Source: Haliotis rufescens (taxonomy: Eukaryota). Taken from it: a DNA stretch of 64,000 nt. Each line of letters starts with the position of its first letter. Position 1 is the stretch's first letter. Position numbers and translations under genes: made by a program. This document shows, piece by piece, positions 63,938 to 64,000 of the stretch. The DNA is taken from NCBI RefSeq assembly GCF_023055435.1, contig NW_025963791.1:8370001-8434000 (forward strand), read 5' to 3'. The notes under the pieces were generated by a model. The model was not told the origin of the DNA. It was given only the letters and a program-made list of their open reading frames with translations, and did not search any database.

Positions 63938-64000
63938 CGTCATGCTGAAGGCCAGGGTTCAATTCCCTACATGGGTACAATGTGTGAAGCCCACTACTGG

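Overview
Eukaryotic, intron-rich, AT-rich animal DNA. The SINE/MITE repertoire suggests a mollusc, possibly an abalone-like gastropod (inference). There are three parts. (1) 1-21.6 kb is a recent amplicon of a ~4.7-kb unit: three direct copies, a partial fourth unit and one inverted copy forming a large imperfect palindrome. Each full copy carries an intact, 3-exon, 275-aa coiled-coil gene I cannot assign to a family, behind a promoter with two perfect CRE palindromes 21 bp apart. (2) 22.4-32.1 kb holds an 8-exon CCDC137 orthologue on the minus strand. (3) 41.1-62.4 kb holds epsin (ENTH, 2 UIM, DPW repeats, clathrin boxes, 3 NPF) on the minus strand, probably with a very long 3' UTR. Introns and intergenic DNA carry at least four SINE families, an RTE-X-like LINE 3' end, Penelope-like footprints with hammerhead-like cores, and MULE, hAT, pogo, Tc1, Harbinger and piggyBac-like elements, many with readable target-site duplications (TSDs). 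The two best leads are the CRE-driven orphan gene amplicon/palindrome and a SINE with no tRNA head whose TSD-defined 5' end coincides with a covarying H-type pseudoknot (candidate self-processing RNA). All exon models were read by eye and need RNA confirmation.
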